A stretch of DNA of 64,000 bases from the human T2T-CHM13v2.0 reference genome, Homo sapiens. How positions within the stretch are numbered: position 1 is the first letter of the stretch; each line of letters opens with the position of its first letter. This document shows, piece by piece, positions 1 through 18,224 of the stretch. The stretch lies in assembly GCF_009914755.1 (NCBI RefSeq), contig NC_060933.1; one strand, written 5' to 3'. The position numbers were made by a program, and so were the translations under genes. The notes beneath the pieces were generated by a model. The model ran no database searches. It was given only the letters and a program-made list of their open reading frames with translations, and had not been told where the DNA came from.

Positions 1-247
1 CTAAACATGCCCTAAAACATTTTGAGATCTTTTAATTACCAATTAGTTATGAAGTCAACAGATATTTATGTTCCATTTAAAGGAAGAGATAACACAGTTA
101 TCTCTTCATAGAAACTTACAGGAACAATGAAGACATATACCTCTACAACTAAACATGCCCTAAAACATTTTGAGATCTCTTAATTATCAATTAGTTATGA
201 AGTCAACAGATATTTATGTTCCATTTAAAGCAAGAGATAACACAGTT
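1..247. repeat. Direct duplication with a 148-bp period (1-99 and 149-247)
   Basis: 96 of 99 bases identical by eye. Confidence 0.9.
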
Positions 248-340
248 CTGAAGCCAAACCACGAATGAAATCACACAGCTTAAGAGCTACATAAAATAAC
301 ACTTTCAAGTGGCTGTATCTAGTTAGTAAACTGTACTAAA

Positions 341-493
341 TTAGTACTTTTCAAACTTTAATGTGCATAAGAATTGCATGGGGATCTTAATAAAACAGTT
401 TTTTGTTTAGTAGGTCTGAGGTGAGACCTTGGATTCTGCATTTCTAACAAGTTTCCAGGTATTGCCTGCAAATAACATTTTTGAGTAGTAAGG
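341..493. mobile_element. MER5A-like hAT-Charlie MITE
   Basis: Contains tcaaactttaatgtgcat...gtaggtctgaggtgagacc...tctgcatttctaacaag...tttgagtag. Confidence 0.7.
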
Positions 494-2413
494 TACTAAA
501 TGACTATGAATTATAAATCAACATGGCTACTGGAACATTCTGGTACCATGGAGCTAATGAGTATGAAAATACAAGATTAATTTCCAAATAGGGAATGGCA
601 TATTGAATTAAATGTACGATAAGACAATTGTTTCTTAAAATATTTTTAGCTATAATATTTATTCTGAGGTTATATTAAAATGACGTTAATAGCTACATAA
701 CAATTTATACTTTATATATTAAAACTAATATATATTCCCTCTATATGTATATTTAATGTATACCTAATATATATACCCAATATATAGAGTCAAATTAACC
801 TTTTATAAAACTGAATAGGAACACAATTAGTTTGACTTATGCCAACTCGATGTCATATACAACTCTACTACCTCTCTTCTGCCTCCGAAATAAGGCATAT
901 ATGTGGCCATTACATTCAACTCAACTTCATATGATGTTTTTAAAAACAGAATCAACCCAATAAATAAAGTTCAACTTAAAAAAGGAGAACAAAGATTTTT
1001 TTTTAAAAAAGCAAAACACCTTATTAAAACCTCCTTCTCATTATCTTGCATTTGAAAAACGTATCTGAGGCACAGGGCCTGCAGGGGTGAACACGAAACT
1101 CCATAGCAGCTCAGATTACAGTCAGGTCACATTGCTAACACTTATGAGAGGAGGTTTTCAGTCAAGCCACAGAGGTTACAAGAAGAGTTTTATCTCCCAG
1201 CAAGAACCTCTCCAAGGCTGTCACACTCCCTCAAGTTAACCTTTAATTTAATATAATCCATGGCAGAGCTACAAAATCACAGATCTCAGAGCTGAAAGGG
1301 ACTAAAAATGTGTAATTTGTCCAAGCCTTAGCCTAGGCTAAAGAGACCTATCTCCAATTCATATAAAAGGTAATTAAACTAACAGAGGTAAAGTGACCTA
1401 AGATGACACACTGCTAGAGGAAACCACAGAACCCAGGACTTCTCCTACTATATTATATTCTTTTTAAAAGGGTCTTTATAACAACACAAAAATAAAGAAA
1501 TCTAACAACTGAACTTGTATTATAGTTTTAGGATTCAGTTTATATCTAAGCTTTCATTTTTATTAAATGGTAATATTAAAAGGTCCTCTCTTCAACTCAA
1601 CAAGCAGCAATGTATGTATGTGGTGGGAGTGGGGAGGCCCTGTAGAGATAAAAAAAAAAACTCCATGACCGTATCTCAGAACTACATAATAAATCATTCC
1701 TTACTTTACTGATACTTCAAACTAGAAATTATGTCCTTTGGATAGAAATTCAATAGGTCTAAAAGATATTTACTTGCTCCAAAAAAGGACATAAGGTAAC
1801 ATTAAAAAATACAAACAATATGGTAGATTATATTAAAAAGCAAAGCAAAAGGAAAACAATGTAGAAAAGTAAAAATGAATAGGTCCAGACAAAAGGGATC
1901 ACACATTCACTCCCGTTCTAATAAAAAGATCCTGTAATTTATTATAAAAATAATAAGTGAAATACTAAATGCATGGTATAAATTCAAAATTTATATTGTA
2001 TTTAAACTAAAATTATAATGGCATCTGCTAAAACTATGCAGATGGGAAAATTTCTTTTTATTTCTTATCATCACCATACCAGCAACAAGGACTACTTAAA
2101 AACTTGCAAATAAGGATATCACTTGTGACATGAAAGCCAAATTAGTCTGATAAACAACCATGTGATTAAACACAGATGTTTCTCTCAATGAACTATATAT
2201 ATTTTTAAGGGAGAACTATATTAATTTTAAGGGGGAAGAACTCCTGCTGTTAAAAGTGAAACAAAAAGCGGAGGTTAAAAATATTCATTTTAAGAGGGAG
2301 CAATTCAAAATAATGATATAATCAAAACATCTTAATACAGTAAGCAGTTAAAAAGCTGATTAAACTAACAGAGGTAAAATGACCTAAGATGACACACTGA
2401 TAGAGGAAACCAC

Positions 2414-2546
2414 AGAGAATCGCTTGAACCAGGAAGTCAGAGATTGCAGTAAGCCAGGATTGTGCCACTGCACTCCAGTCTGGCAGCAGAGCGAGACTCC
2501 GTCTCAAAACAAACAAACAAACAACAACAACAACAACAACAACAAA
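2414..2546 (+). mobile_element. 5'-truncated Alu (end of right arm) with a (CAAA)/(CAA)n tail
   Basis: agaatcgcttgaacc...gagactccgtctcaaaa. Confidence 0.85.
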
Positions 2547-3489
2547 ACCCTAATTTTAATTTTGGTTTCAATTTGTTATGTTGCAGTACTTTATTTCTTA
2601 TCCCTTAGTTTCTCCATTGGTTAGATGGAGAAGTATAGTTTTTTCAGAGGTATGTTAAGGATCAGTGAGTTTTTTCTTATGTTTGAAAACAATGTAATAT
2701 AAGTCTTAGCAGCTGGATTCTGGAGTTCTTCTGCAAAGCAGCCTTTAAAATCAATCATGCATATGAAATGGGAGCAAGGGCACACTGCATGGAAGATTTT
2801 TTTTTGGTTATTGTTGAAAAGCAGACTTAGGGTAACTAAGGCTGTTAAATTATTTTTAAAACTTATGTTATTGAGACTCAACACATTAGTTTTTAAAAAT
2901 ACTTCCTGTAACTTTCTGTCATAATTATGTACAAAAGATAAGTCATATAACATTAGATTTCTCTCTTAAATGTTAAATGAAAAGACTTTTTAGGAAAAAG
3001 TAACTATTAGGAAAACTGATATTCACTTTTCAGTCTAATAGTCTTTCTTTGATTACAAAACAGATAAAGGAAAAAGAATTTTACCAATTTAACAAAGTCG
3101 TAAGTAAATGTTAAAGTTGATATAAAAGCTTAAATCACCAATATTCTATAATTATCACTAAAAAATCCAACAATTTCCCCTACATGACAAATATATAATG
3201 CATCATAACAATACAACAGGGATAAACGTAAGTTTTCACTCTCATCAAACATAATGATGCAAATACTATTACTTGGTTTTCCACTTTTCAAATTCTTGTA
3301 GGCTTAATCATGTGCCACTTTCATTAAGACCAAATCCAAGATTTATTTCAAGGTTTTAAGTAAATGGAAAGAGTGCTAAGGGTCAATAATAGATGTTTTT
3401 ATGCCATTTTTAATTGATTTTCCTATTCATAATTCAGTGTTTTTCACCAGAAGCGACTGACCTGCTTATTTGAAAACAATAAAAATGGC

Positions 3490-3680
3490 TAAAACAGTAA
3501 GCTGTATCATTCAATCCTCACAACTCTACAAGGAAGGTACTATTATTACCCCACTGTACAAATGAGAAACTGGAATCATGGAGAAGTTAAATACCTTACC
3601 CCACAGAGTTAATCAGTGGTAGAGCTGGCATTCAAACCCAAGTAGGTAGCCTGGTTGCAGAACCCTTGTGTTTAACCACT
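3490..3680 (-). mobile_element. MIR SINE
   Basis: MIR core-like sequence aatcctcacaac...tattattacccc...acaaatgagaaactg. Confidence 0.65.
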
Positions 3681-3849
3681 ATGCAGATTACTGGTACCCA
3701 CTGAATCAAGGTCTTTTGGAGGATGAAACCAACAATCTTCATTTTAAATAAAGGTATCACATTATTTTTATACTATCTAAAGTTTGAGAACCACTGACAT
3801 AACTCTTAGGAAAAAGTGGCACACATTTGGTTAGACCCTTTACAATATA

Positions 3850-4181
3850 CAGTCGTCCCTCGGTATCCGTGGGGTACTGGTTCCAGGACTCACCTCTGAA
3901 CCCTGCGGATACCAAAATCCAAGGATGCTTAAGACCTTGATATAAAGTGGTATAGTATCTGCATATAACACATCCTCCCATATACTTTAGGTCATCTCTA
4001 CATTACTTATAATACCTAATACAATATAGTTGTGATATAAATTGTTGTTATATCATATTGTTTAGGGAATAATGACAAGAAAAAAAATCAGTACATGTTT
4101 AGTACGGACACATTTAAGAAAATATTTTCAATCCAAGGTTGAATGCACAGATGCAGAACCTACAGATACAGAGGGCTGACT

Positions 4182-4182
<1 letters not shown>
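3850..4182. mobile_element. MER2 (Tigger-family MITE), apparently complete
   Basis: Terminal inverted repeats CAGTCGTCCCTCGGTATCCGTGG and CCTACAGATACAGAGGGCTGACTG, flanked by TA target duplications. Confidence 0.85.

Positions 4183-4183
<1 letters not shown>

Positions 4184-4218
<35 letters not shown>
4184..4218. repeat. (CA)n microsatellite
   Basis: About 17 perfect units directly after MER2. Confidence 0.95.
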
Positions 4219-4221
<3 letters not shown>

Positions 4222-5128
4222 CCACCCCACCCTGCCACACATACAAATCCAATCCACCATTTGAATGCTCACAGTGTATACTCTAAATAGGAGTAGGATG
4301 ATTATTTTCTAAACCTGGGTGCAGATATTAGGTGTGTATATAAACATGGATTCTTTCTGAAGCAAATAGGGGGGCAAGTTCAAGTTCTAGCTTTAAAAAA
4401 AGTCAACAAAAACATTGTCAAACTAAAAAGCAGCTGAGGTCAAAACATTTTTAAAAACTCATTAGGACTTAAAAAAAAAAAAACTTCACAATTTAACCCT
4501 TTCATTTATCTCTATCTAAGCATGCTTTCTGTCAATTTAAAGAAGACTGGTCCTTTGGCAAACTGGTCAGGTTTTACAAAAGGGATCTATTATCTATCCA
4601 AAAACAGGTTCATTATTTTCAGAAGCAAGATATTTCAGAATGAATAATATGAAGATCTTCTGACTAAATATTTCTATATTTTTATGTTTAATGCTAGAAA
4701 TGTGATATTTAAAACACCTTGAACAAAACAAATAATTTACAGAATCTGAGGTGCTAAATACCATATCGCTAGAACTTTTGGGCAGGGAATGAATTCACTT
4801 TATTATATAATAGTCTTCTTACATGTGGAAGACTCAAATAAAGTAACACACTACATAAAATTATTTTGAGAGACAAAACTAAGTTTTGCATTTAACAGCA
4901 AAGTTTACTAGTGACTAGCACTATCTCCTATTTTATTAATGTGTGTATTTGAAGCAAATGATCTATTTCCCTGTGAGACAGTTGCCAAGTTTCTTTATGA
5001 GTAATGCCGTGGTATTCATATTGTAAACTAGGCATAAGAACCACTGTTTTCATGAGACTATTACTCCTCTCTATCCTCTCTCTCTCTCTTCTTCCCTCTC
5101 TGTTTTCTCTCCCTCTAGGACACCTTGA

Positions 5129-5473
<345 letters not shown>

Positions 5474-7158
5474 TAAACAGCTCAATCTGGCAAAATATTT
5501 TGACCATGACCCATGGTCAGCAACACATTTTACAATGCATATCCTTGTGTACACACATACAATTGAAACCAAAGTTTCACGAAACAATATATGTGAGTGT
5601 ACATATTCACACTGCTATGTGTAGCACACTTACTATATGTAATTGTGCTGATTTCTTTTCTAGTTTAATTTTGTTAGCTTAAAAAAGAAACACTGGTCAT
5701 GCAATCTGCTAAAATGATTTCATGCCTCACTAATGAATACCACTGCAATTTTAAAAAACACTGGCTATGCAGCCTGTGCTACTTAATATATGGAAAAGTC
5801 TATTCACTAAGATGGGTATAGAGGAAATATTAACAATGGGCCAGATTTGCTCTAACATCTACATTCCCAGGGCTGATGCTTTGAGGACTGAGAAAAACAA
5901 AAGTCGGAGAAATAGTAAACACAGGTGTGACAGCAGTGGACGCGTGATGATGTAATACTAAAGCATTAAAATATGTTACAAGAAGTGGTATAAAGGCCTC
6001 TAAGTAAACAGTAAAATTGTTATTTTTTTATTAACTACTCTGCAACCAAGGTTATATAATATATAAAAGGATTTTGTAGAAATGTTTGTAATTCATCCTA
6101 AGAATATCATTAAAAATATTCTATTCTACAGTACTAAGAGAAAAACATGTCTATTTTCTTTAACTGTTGATTTAAAAATGTTAAATTTTTACCAGTTAGT
6201 AACTTCCATAAAAACACTCTCCAAAATAGAATTTTTACTGAAAATGAATGTGTCCACATTTTTAGATATATCTAACTATTAAACTCACATTATATATTAT
6301 CAATATTTTCATAGCTATTGTCCCTTTATTTTCATCTCTACTTGACTTGAGACTCACAAATTCATCTGAACACCACTTTTATCTTTTGGTCATTAGGTAT
6401 GAGTTTATAAAACTTTTGAAAATTGACTAGACACATGAATACAAAGACGTTTTTAAAGAAAGTGTTTATTGAAGAAAATACATCTTTTATAAAATAGAAA
6501 ATAAAAGCATTAATTAGGGTGAGATTCTCTGCTTAGTATTAGCTACAAATAAAAAACTCTTCACTTAATCATATGGCAGTACAGATAATTACTTTTTCTT
6601 TCCACAGAAATGTTTAAAGACCATTTCAATTAACCTTTACTTAATATTCTCTCTGAAGATCATATACAGCTAAGAGTTGAAAGATTTGTTTTCCAAGTTA
6701 ATAAATCTACCATTTATTTCTACAGTGCCCAAATAAATGAAAACGAACTATCTAGGCACTATTACCATCTCCAAATTATGATTTGTTCTTGGAAGAGTTT
6801 CATTCACACATTTGCTTTTATGTATTATATATATATACATACACACACACACACATATACTATATAGTATATATATATTATTTCTATTAAACTGCTTCTA
6901 GGAAATGTACTAGTAGAGATTAAGATATAAAAAAGGGTTTTTATTATTAAAAGACAAAAATAGAGGTAAAAATTACGAAATACTAGCAGATTAAATCTTG
7001 GTTACATCTGCACTTGCAGGGAGAAAAGTCACTGTCAGAAACATTTCATTACAAGTAAGTGTGCTACAGTTTCTTGGAATTCAGCCAAACTCTCGAGGAA
7101 TGATATGAACACTGAAACAAAAAATTGAAAAATTTCGAGACAAAGTTGAAACATTTAC

Positions 7159-7238
7159 CTGAAACTCTGGTACAGTAGGTGACTTTATGACAGTTTTCCT
7201 CTTCTTTGTGATTGCTTTTTTAGAGACGGATTTTTTTC
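7159..7238 (-). CDS. BRD10: BRD10 coding exon 4 (80 nt; GKKSVSKKAITKKRKTVIKSPTVPEFQ)
   Basis: Acceptor ttttctcttttaatcttgaaag|GA, donor CAG|GTAAAT. Phase-1 start matches exon 3 and continues the Lys-rich sequence. Too short for the ORF track. Confidence 0.9.
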
Positions 7239-7914
7239 CTTTCAAGATTAAAAGAGAAAACCTTCATAATGCTGTTTATAGCACTTCATTAACAAAAAAC
7301 AAATTACGCAGATCCTTGAAAGTTAAATTGTAACTAACAGATGGCTGCTAGTGAGTCAAATAAAAATGATGAATCAAAACAAGCCCCAGTAAAAGCAAAC
7401 ATTAAACTATTAACTACCTGTTAACAGACATATTAACAAATGCTGTTTTATGTTTATATGAACTGAACGATTACCATCTCCAATGTGTTATACGGTAGAA
7501 TCTACTGCAAGATTAGGCAAAAAAGTCACATTACTACTGCTTAATTAAAATCTACATTTGCAACTTAAGATGAGACTACATAGGGAAAAAAACCTTACCT
7601 TTAACATTGACTTCGCAGTCAGGAACTTGCATAAGAACTACAGCTGAAGACTATGGTCTCTAGCCAGCCTAATGTGAAAATCCCCTTAAGTAGCTTAGGT
7701 AACAAAGTTTTTCTACTCCTTTAGCTCTGCACTCACCTAATAGGCTGCCCTTGGCGGTATCAATACCCAAAGTTTTAAAAGAAGATAAACATCTCCCTTT
7801 AAAGTGCACCTAGTTATTTGTGGAATCAGAAACCACTGGAAAAAAATAAACCTCATACTTAGAGCCAATTCACAGTATACACTGAAATATATCTACTTTT
7901 TGTATTTAACGTGA

Positions 7915-8252
<338 letters not shown>

Positions 8253-9499
8253 AAAATTCTATTTTTAGTTAGAAACACATTAAAAGTTTTCCCCCAATTT
8301 GTAATTAGCAAAATCAATTAACAAACTGCTAATTACTCAACAAATACTAGATACAGGACACTGTACAAGTTACGGGGACAACAAGGAAGTAAAAAATTAT
8401 AAAAAAGAAAAATCCTATCCTCTAGGAGCTTACAATCTACACAAGGGCACAAAAAATATTCAGCAATACTTTTCTGTCATTTTTAGTTCACAATCATTTG
8501 CAGACTAAAATCCACTTAAATGTCAATATTTTTTTCAAAAGGGAAAATGAATGCGTACATAAAGTAACTTTGCAGTACATAATCCTAATGCTCCTTTCCA
8601 AACATTTTCCTATATAAATATAATCATCTTGCAAGAAATATGTCAACTCAATTGACACAATTCCAGTTTATAATTTGTTTTTTGTATTACTTTTTAATCA
8701 TATCGCAGAACTGTAATTTATAAAATTTCTAACTTTTGGCTCAATGAAATCCATGTATACTATGACTGAACTGCAAATTTTGAGTTGCTGAGGTTCACAG
8801 GGGTTTAACTGTCTTATTTTAATAAGTATTGACGGGTGTCATTTGACATCTGCTTTCAATTAAATTAAAATAACCCAACATATATTTCTTTATTCACCAT
8901 TGTTATTTACTTCTGTGCTTACACAGTACCTTATAACAGAAGTATACTCCTACAAAGATAGGTAAGTGGGTGGGCTGCTTAAATAAGCAATACTCAGGGA
9001 GAAGTGATTAAATTCTTGATATCTCTATAATACAGCTAGTAATTGATTCCTAAACTGAGTGCCATAAGTATTGCTGAAGGGGGCTCATGAATTTGAATGC
9101 CAAGATGCCTTTCCTCTATACACTGCCTTTACCATTTTTTAAAGTTCACAAGAAAAAACTGAATGATCTTGCTAACTTATGTATGGGAAGGTTTTATAAA
9201 AACAGTAATTTGGAGGAAATAAAATTCTTCCTCAACCTCTCCCCACCAGCCCTACTCTGATTAGCTTAAAAAAAAAGCGCCATTTGATTTTGTATTCATT
9301 TATAAGCACAACAGAGGTCACCCTTGATAGTCCCATGAATTTCATCTTATTGTTACACAGGCACTAAACACAGGTACTAAATTCTCAGTTAACTCTAGCA
9401 GCTACTCTATTTGAATGGACTGAGAAGCTAAGGTGGTTACTTGGTATTTCAGTTCACCACATCATTAGGATGCTTAAATGTTATTAGGAAATTGGAGGT

Positions 9500-9775
9500 A
9501 ATGTTACATATTGGTTATAAGCTTGAGTTTTAGAACTAAACTACCTGGGTTTGAGTGCCTGCTACAACCACCTACTATTATAGAGGTCATGTATAACAGC
9601 TATCACATACAAGACCTTGAGCAAACTGCTTTATTTCTTTGTGCAGTTTCTTCATCTGTAAAACAAGGGATAATAGTATTACCTACTCTGTGAGAATTAA
9701 ATGGGTTATAACACCCCAAAAGCTTATACTACTGCTAGGCACATGGTAGGTGATCAATAAATGTTAGCTATTGCT
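9500..9775 (+). mobile_element. MIR SINE
   Basis: cagtttcttcatctgtaaaa...ggcacatggtaggtgatcaataaatgttagc. Confidence 0.7.
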
Positions 9776-10254
9776 TTAGCTTTAGCTAAGCTATGGTGAG
9801 AAAAGCCTAAACAGAAAATCTTTTAATTTTCTTTAAATTCTTTTTACTTACTCCATCTCAGTTCTTCTTATGCATGTCCTCTAAACTACCACTCTACTTT
9901 GTACACAAATCAATGAATGTAATACTTAACTTAGAGTACTGTAATTGTCTGTTCTTATGTTTGTCATCCTTACTATACTGTAAATTATTGGTGACAGAAA
10001 TCACATTATTCACTCTGTATTTACAGCATTTAGCACACATAAGTTCTAAGAAGTGATCCCTAAATACAAGAATCCTACTTTTTTCAGAAATGTCACCAAC
10101 AGTCTAGGGGGTAGGAAAAGGGATGCAGGTAACTGTTTACAATTCTGAGGGTCCATTTAAGTCTACTTTATAGTGAAGAAAACACTGACAACGATTTTAA
10201 ATAATTTAAACAATTCACCAAAGAGTTTCAACATGACCTAGTAGTGGTAGTAAG

Positions 10255-10730
10255 AAGATTAACATTTATTGAGAACCTGCTGTGTGTCAGATACTTAGTA
10301 AAGTGGTCTGTATAAATTAACTTATTTATTTCTCAATATAACCCTCCCAGGTAGGTAATAACTCTACTGTAATACTGGATAACTGAAGATCAAAAAGATT
10401 AATTAACTCACTCATGTGTCACACAGTAAGTAAGCACCACAGTCAGGGATTCTAACTACAAAGTCTAAGCTCCTTCCATTATGTAATTCTACTGCACAAA
10501 TATCTTAAGTTACCATTTATTGATTCCTACCATGTGCCAAGCTCCAAGTGACATACTGCGCATTTGTTATTCTAATTAATCTTAACAATACAGCCAAGTA
10601 GGTATTACCTCACTTATCACAGATAAAGAAACAGGCTATAAACAGGTAAAGAAACTGATGGAGGAGCTGTAGCTAATATGCACTAGGAGCATACATGTGA
10701 AATTAGGTCTGTCTCACTTCAAAGCTGTAC
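10255..10730 (-). mobile_element. Two adjacent MIR remnants
   Basis: Each begins with a catttattgag/catttattgat-type end and has a degenerate core. Confidence 0.55.
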
Positions 10731-11630
10731 TCTTTTTATGGTAAAATACTGCATTCTTTCAAATTTTTGAAAGGGATGTAATCTGCTTCTGTTTGGTTCA
10801 GAGCATTCCTTTTTATTAGGGTTGGATGATTTGTACATTTACTATTTTTTAATACCTTCAGTATATATCCTGAAAAAAACAATTTCAGTATAAATTTTCC
10901 TGTATTCTTCAGTAAAAACATCAGCACTTCAAAAAAATTAAATATTATTTTAAAAATCGAGCATGAGATACTACAAAATCATGCCTTTATTTGGTAACCT
11001 GTTTTTGCTTCAGGACAAAATATATACAGGGCAAGTTACATACTACCAGTGGGCTTCCCTTCCCTTATCACTCAACTTGATCATATCCCAGGCCTTTTAC
11101 TTCCACTGCCCTAAGTTACTTGGTCATATAAAATAGAATAAAATTCTCAAACCTATAATTATGCTGAAATCAGAAGTCAAATTAAAACATACACAGAATT
11201 TCAATACCACTCTTGAGCCTAAAACAGAAAGTGTCAGCCTGTACCTGGAAAATGCATAAGGAAACATTAATAAACCTTAATAATAAACCTTAGTAATTAA
11301 TGTTACAAAAGTATACCCTAATGAAGCTTTCTAAAACACTATGCTTAGAACAACTTAAGAAAAGAATGCCCAACCTGAGAGGGAAAATTATAACTAAAGA
11401 TATATTTTATACTGTAACTGAGGAATAAAACTCTAGTTTTCTAGAATCTGGAAATATGCCTTTTATAAAAGAAATGGCATATTTCTTTACATAAGAAGGT
11501 GATTATCATCCCCCTTTCAGTTCCCCTTTCTCAGTTTCTTATTCCTCATTCTTTACCCTTCTCCTTCACCTGGTTTTCCTGTCTTCACTCCTCAGACCTC
11601 TGGGCTACTCATACTCAGACTTCCACTTTA

Positions 11631-11763
11631 AGCCAAGTGTGGTGGTGCATGCCTGTGATCCCAGCTCGCCTGTGGTCCCAGCTACTTGGGAGGCGGAGGT
11701 GAGAGGATGGCTTGCGCCCCGGAGTTCGAGGCCAGGTGGGCAACATAGCGAGATCCTGTCTCT
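11631..11763 (+). mobile_element. FLAM-type Alu monomer with a short internal duplication
   Basis: Single-arm Alu containing gcctgtgatcccagct-c-gcctgtggtcccagct. Confidence 0.8.
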
Positions 11764-12464
11764 CAGGGAGGGATAGGAGGAAGAAAAAGAACAGAAAAAA
11801 AAAGGTACTTCAATGCTTTCCTACATTTAGCCTTTCCATGTTTTAAAATTATCCCAACACATTCACTCCTCCCTCTGTACTTTCGCCTTAGGAACCTTAA
11901 TAAATAAATGAATACTAAGATATTAATCATTGTTGCAAGTAAAAACTCAAGGGTATTTGTATTATTAAACAGTGAATTTGCAAAGTGCCTGGGATGTAAA
12001 GTCACAGAACTAGAGCCTAAACTTGTCTTTTATTTACTAAATGTGCATGTCTTGAGCTAACTATATTCTAGGAGTTTCTGGAGTGTTCTATCTCAAGTAA
12101 GCAATTTGACCTTAACAAAACAGTTTATTTTCCTTTTATTCTTCTTACCTATAAGCAAATTTCTTATCATACTGGTAATTCTTTAACGCTATCACATAAT
12201 TCAGTAACTCCTGAACACCCATTTCTTTTTACCCTTTAGCTTAGAATATTGAATCAGTTGCCAAATTCTGCTACTTATTGCAGCATCTCTCTCAAAATAG
12301 AATTTTCTTCTATCATTGTGATAGAAAAGTCACATAATCAATCCTTACCTGGATTTAGAATTGTCTCGTTATAGTTATCATCTACCCCTTCATCTTACCC
12401 CTGCCAGCTTCTTTTCATAGCTCTTTAATGGTATCCTAATTATCTTGCAAGATCCTTTCTCCTA

Positions 12465-12665
12465 ATCCTGTCACTTACTAGCTCTAGCTGTGTGACTTTG
12501 GACAAATAAATCTCCATCTCAATTTTTAAAAACCTCTAAAATCTGTAATAATGGGGAATAATAGTAATATTTATTTTTTGAAGTCTTCATGAAGATTAAA
12601 TGAGATAGCATGTATAAAGGCTTAGAACAGTGCCTGGCATACAATAAGCACTCAATGAGTACTCG
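12465..12665 (+). mobile_element. MIR SINE
   Basis: tgtgactttggacaa...atctgtaataatgggg...aacagtgcctggcatacaataagcactcaa. Confidence 0.75.
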
Positions 12666-13388
12666 GTTTTTTAGACAAAAAGTAGAAGGATTGAAAAAAT
12701 AAAAGGACATGGAGTATAGTAAATCCTTTCACTCTCTTTATATTTTGAAATCTTCAGCTGGTATGCTAAAAGTTTTCTCCGTAAGACACATGTAGTTAGG
12801 GTCTCTAGTGCTATCACTACAGAACTATATAATAACCTTTTCACAGATACGGGCCTGGAAATAATCAAACACTGTAGATTACATTACCTTCTCAGTCATT
12901 TCCTATAAAGCAGCTCATTACTTTTTACACATCTGATATATCTTATTTCAAGCTCAATTCCTTGCACTGGACTCTTGATTCAATTATTTAACATAGTACC
13001 ACATGCCTAGAAAGATCACCCAAAAATGACACCCTTCTATCATTCGAACAGCTTCTAAAACCTCAACTTTTCCACAAAAGTTTTCTTTAATTGTGCTTCT
13101 TCCAGTGACACCTCACTTAATTATACCTCTATGCTTTTGCTCGTGTTATTCAACATTTTCCACCTATCCAATTCCCATTATTCTTCAAAGTCCTTCATCC
13201 CTTGTAAAACCTTCCCAGACTAGCACAGCACATTGATTTTTTCTCTACTTGACCTTTTATTGTGTTGTCTTTATCTGTACTTAACTATTATTCACTTGAG
13301 GTCACTGACCACTTTTTAACTTAGTTTTTTCACCTATAAGAGAATAAGACCACTTGTCTTATTCATTTTAGTCAGTTTAGAGGTGCTA

Positions 13389-13740
<352 letters not shown>

Positions 13741-15022
13741 CTATTTGAGGGGGGAAAACTTTCCAAACAAAACTGGTTGAAAGTATCTTAAAACACCATA
13801 AGCTTTTTGTAACTGTTAATGCGTCTGTAATCTTTTTTGTGTTTTTTCAGATTTTATAAAAAGTCCCCTAATTTTTAGAATTTCTAATTCATTTTAGCCA
13901 ACTCTACTTGCTCTACACAATCTATAATAGTATATTATTGAAAACAACCAAAATGTCCAATAAGGAGACTGGTTAAATTAACTGCAAAATACAACAGGAT
14001 CCTACACAGCCATTTAAAATGATGCTACAGGGACCTATTTATTGCCCAAAGATGTTCATGGTATACTGATACGCAGGGGAAAAAAAGCAGATTGTTAAAA
14101 TGGTATGTATAGTATAATCCTATTCAAAAATACATAGTCTTTGAAAAAGTGTTGAAAGATACATATTAAGGAGTTAGTTTTAGTTACATCTAGGTGAACC
14201 ATATTAAATGTGTTCATTTATTTGTTCAGTATATTCCCACACAATGCATCAATCAATCTGCTAAAGTGCCAGGGATGCAAAACCAGAAATAATCCTTCTG
14301 TCCCTAAGAATGTTATAGAATAGAGAGGAGACAATCCTCAAAATAACCTAGAAGTAAACGCAACTATAATAAGTATTACGAAGGAGAAGTGTCTGGTGCT
14401 ATAAGCATGAACAGCAAGGAAAATTTTAACAAGTCACAAGATAATGGGAGGCTTCCTTAAGCAAGTGATAAAAGAATAAACATTTACTAGGTAATGAGGA
14501 AAGGGCTATTCTTTTTGCTTGTCTCTATATTCTTTAAAGAAAATGTACTGCTTTTATAATAAGAAAAAACAATGAAAGAAAACCAAATGATCTGAATTTT
14601 TTTTGCTCTGAGTTTTTTTTTACTCTTAAATAATTATTTTTAATTTATGCACAGCTAATCTTGCCTGTCTTGCTTAAATGACAAAGTTTTCAGAAACATT
14701 TAAATTTTGAAAACAGGTCATCAAGGAAAAATTTCTAATCGCCAGGACATATTTTTCTTTTCTATGACTGAATAAAAACATAGGATCAAGCATGAGATAA
14801 TGGACATTATATTGTTTCCACTGTCTTCTATTTATTCTATAATGTTTCCAATAGTAAGGAACAGGCCTAAATGAGTAAAAATGAATTCAAAACTTAAAAA
14901 GGAGGAAAGAAACCCCAATTCTGAAAAGTAGATTAAAATGCTTAAATATTACCCAAACTGCCTCAAACTGTGCTAAAATTATCAAATCATTTTCAACCAA
15001 ATTGTCTTTGTGCCTTCTACTA

Positions 15023-18224
<3,202 letters not shown>

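Noticed and set aside
1-247. CRISPR-like repeat-spacer-repeat
   Set aside because: Eukaryotic intron; only two long copies; no cas genes.
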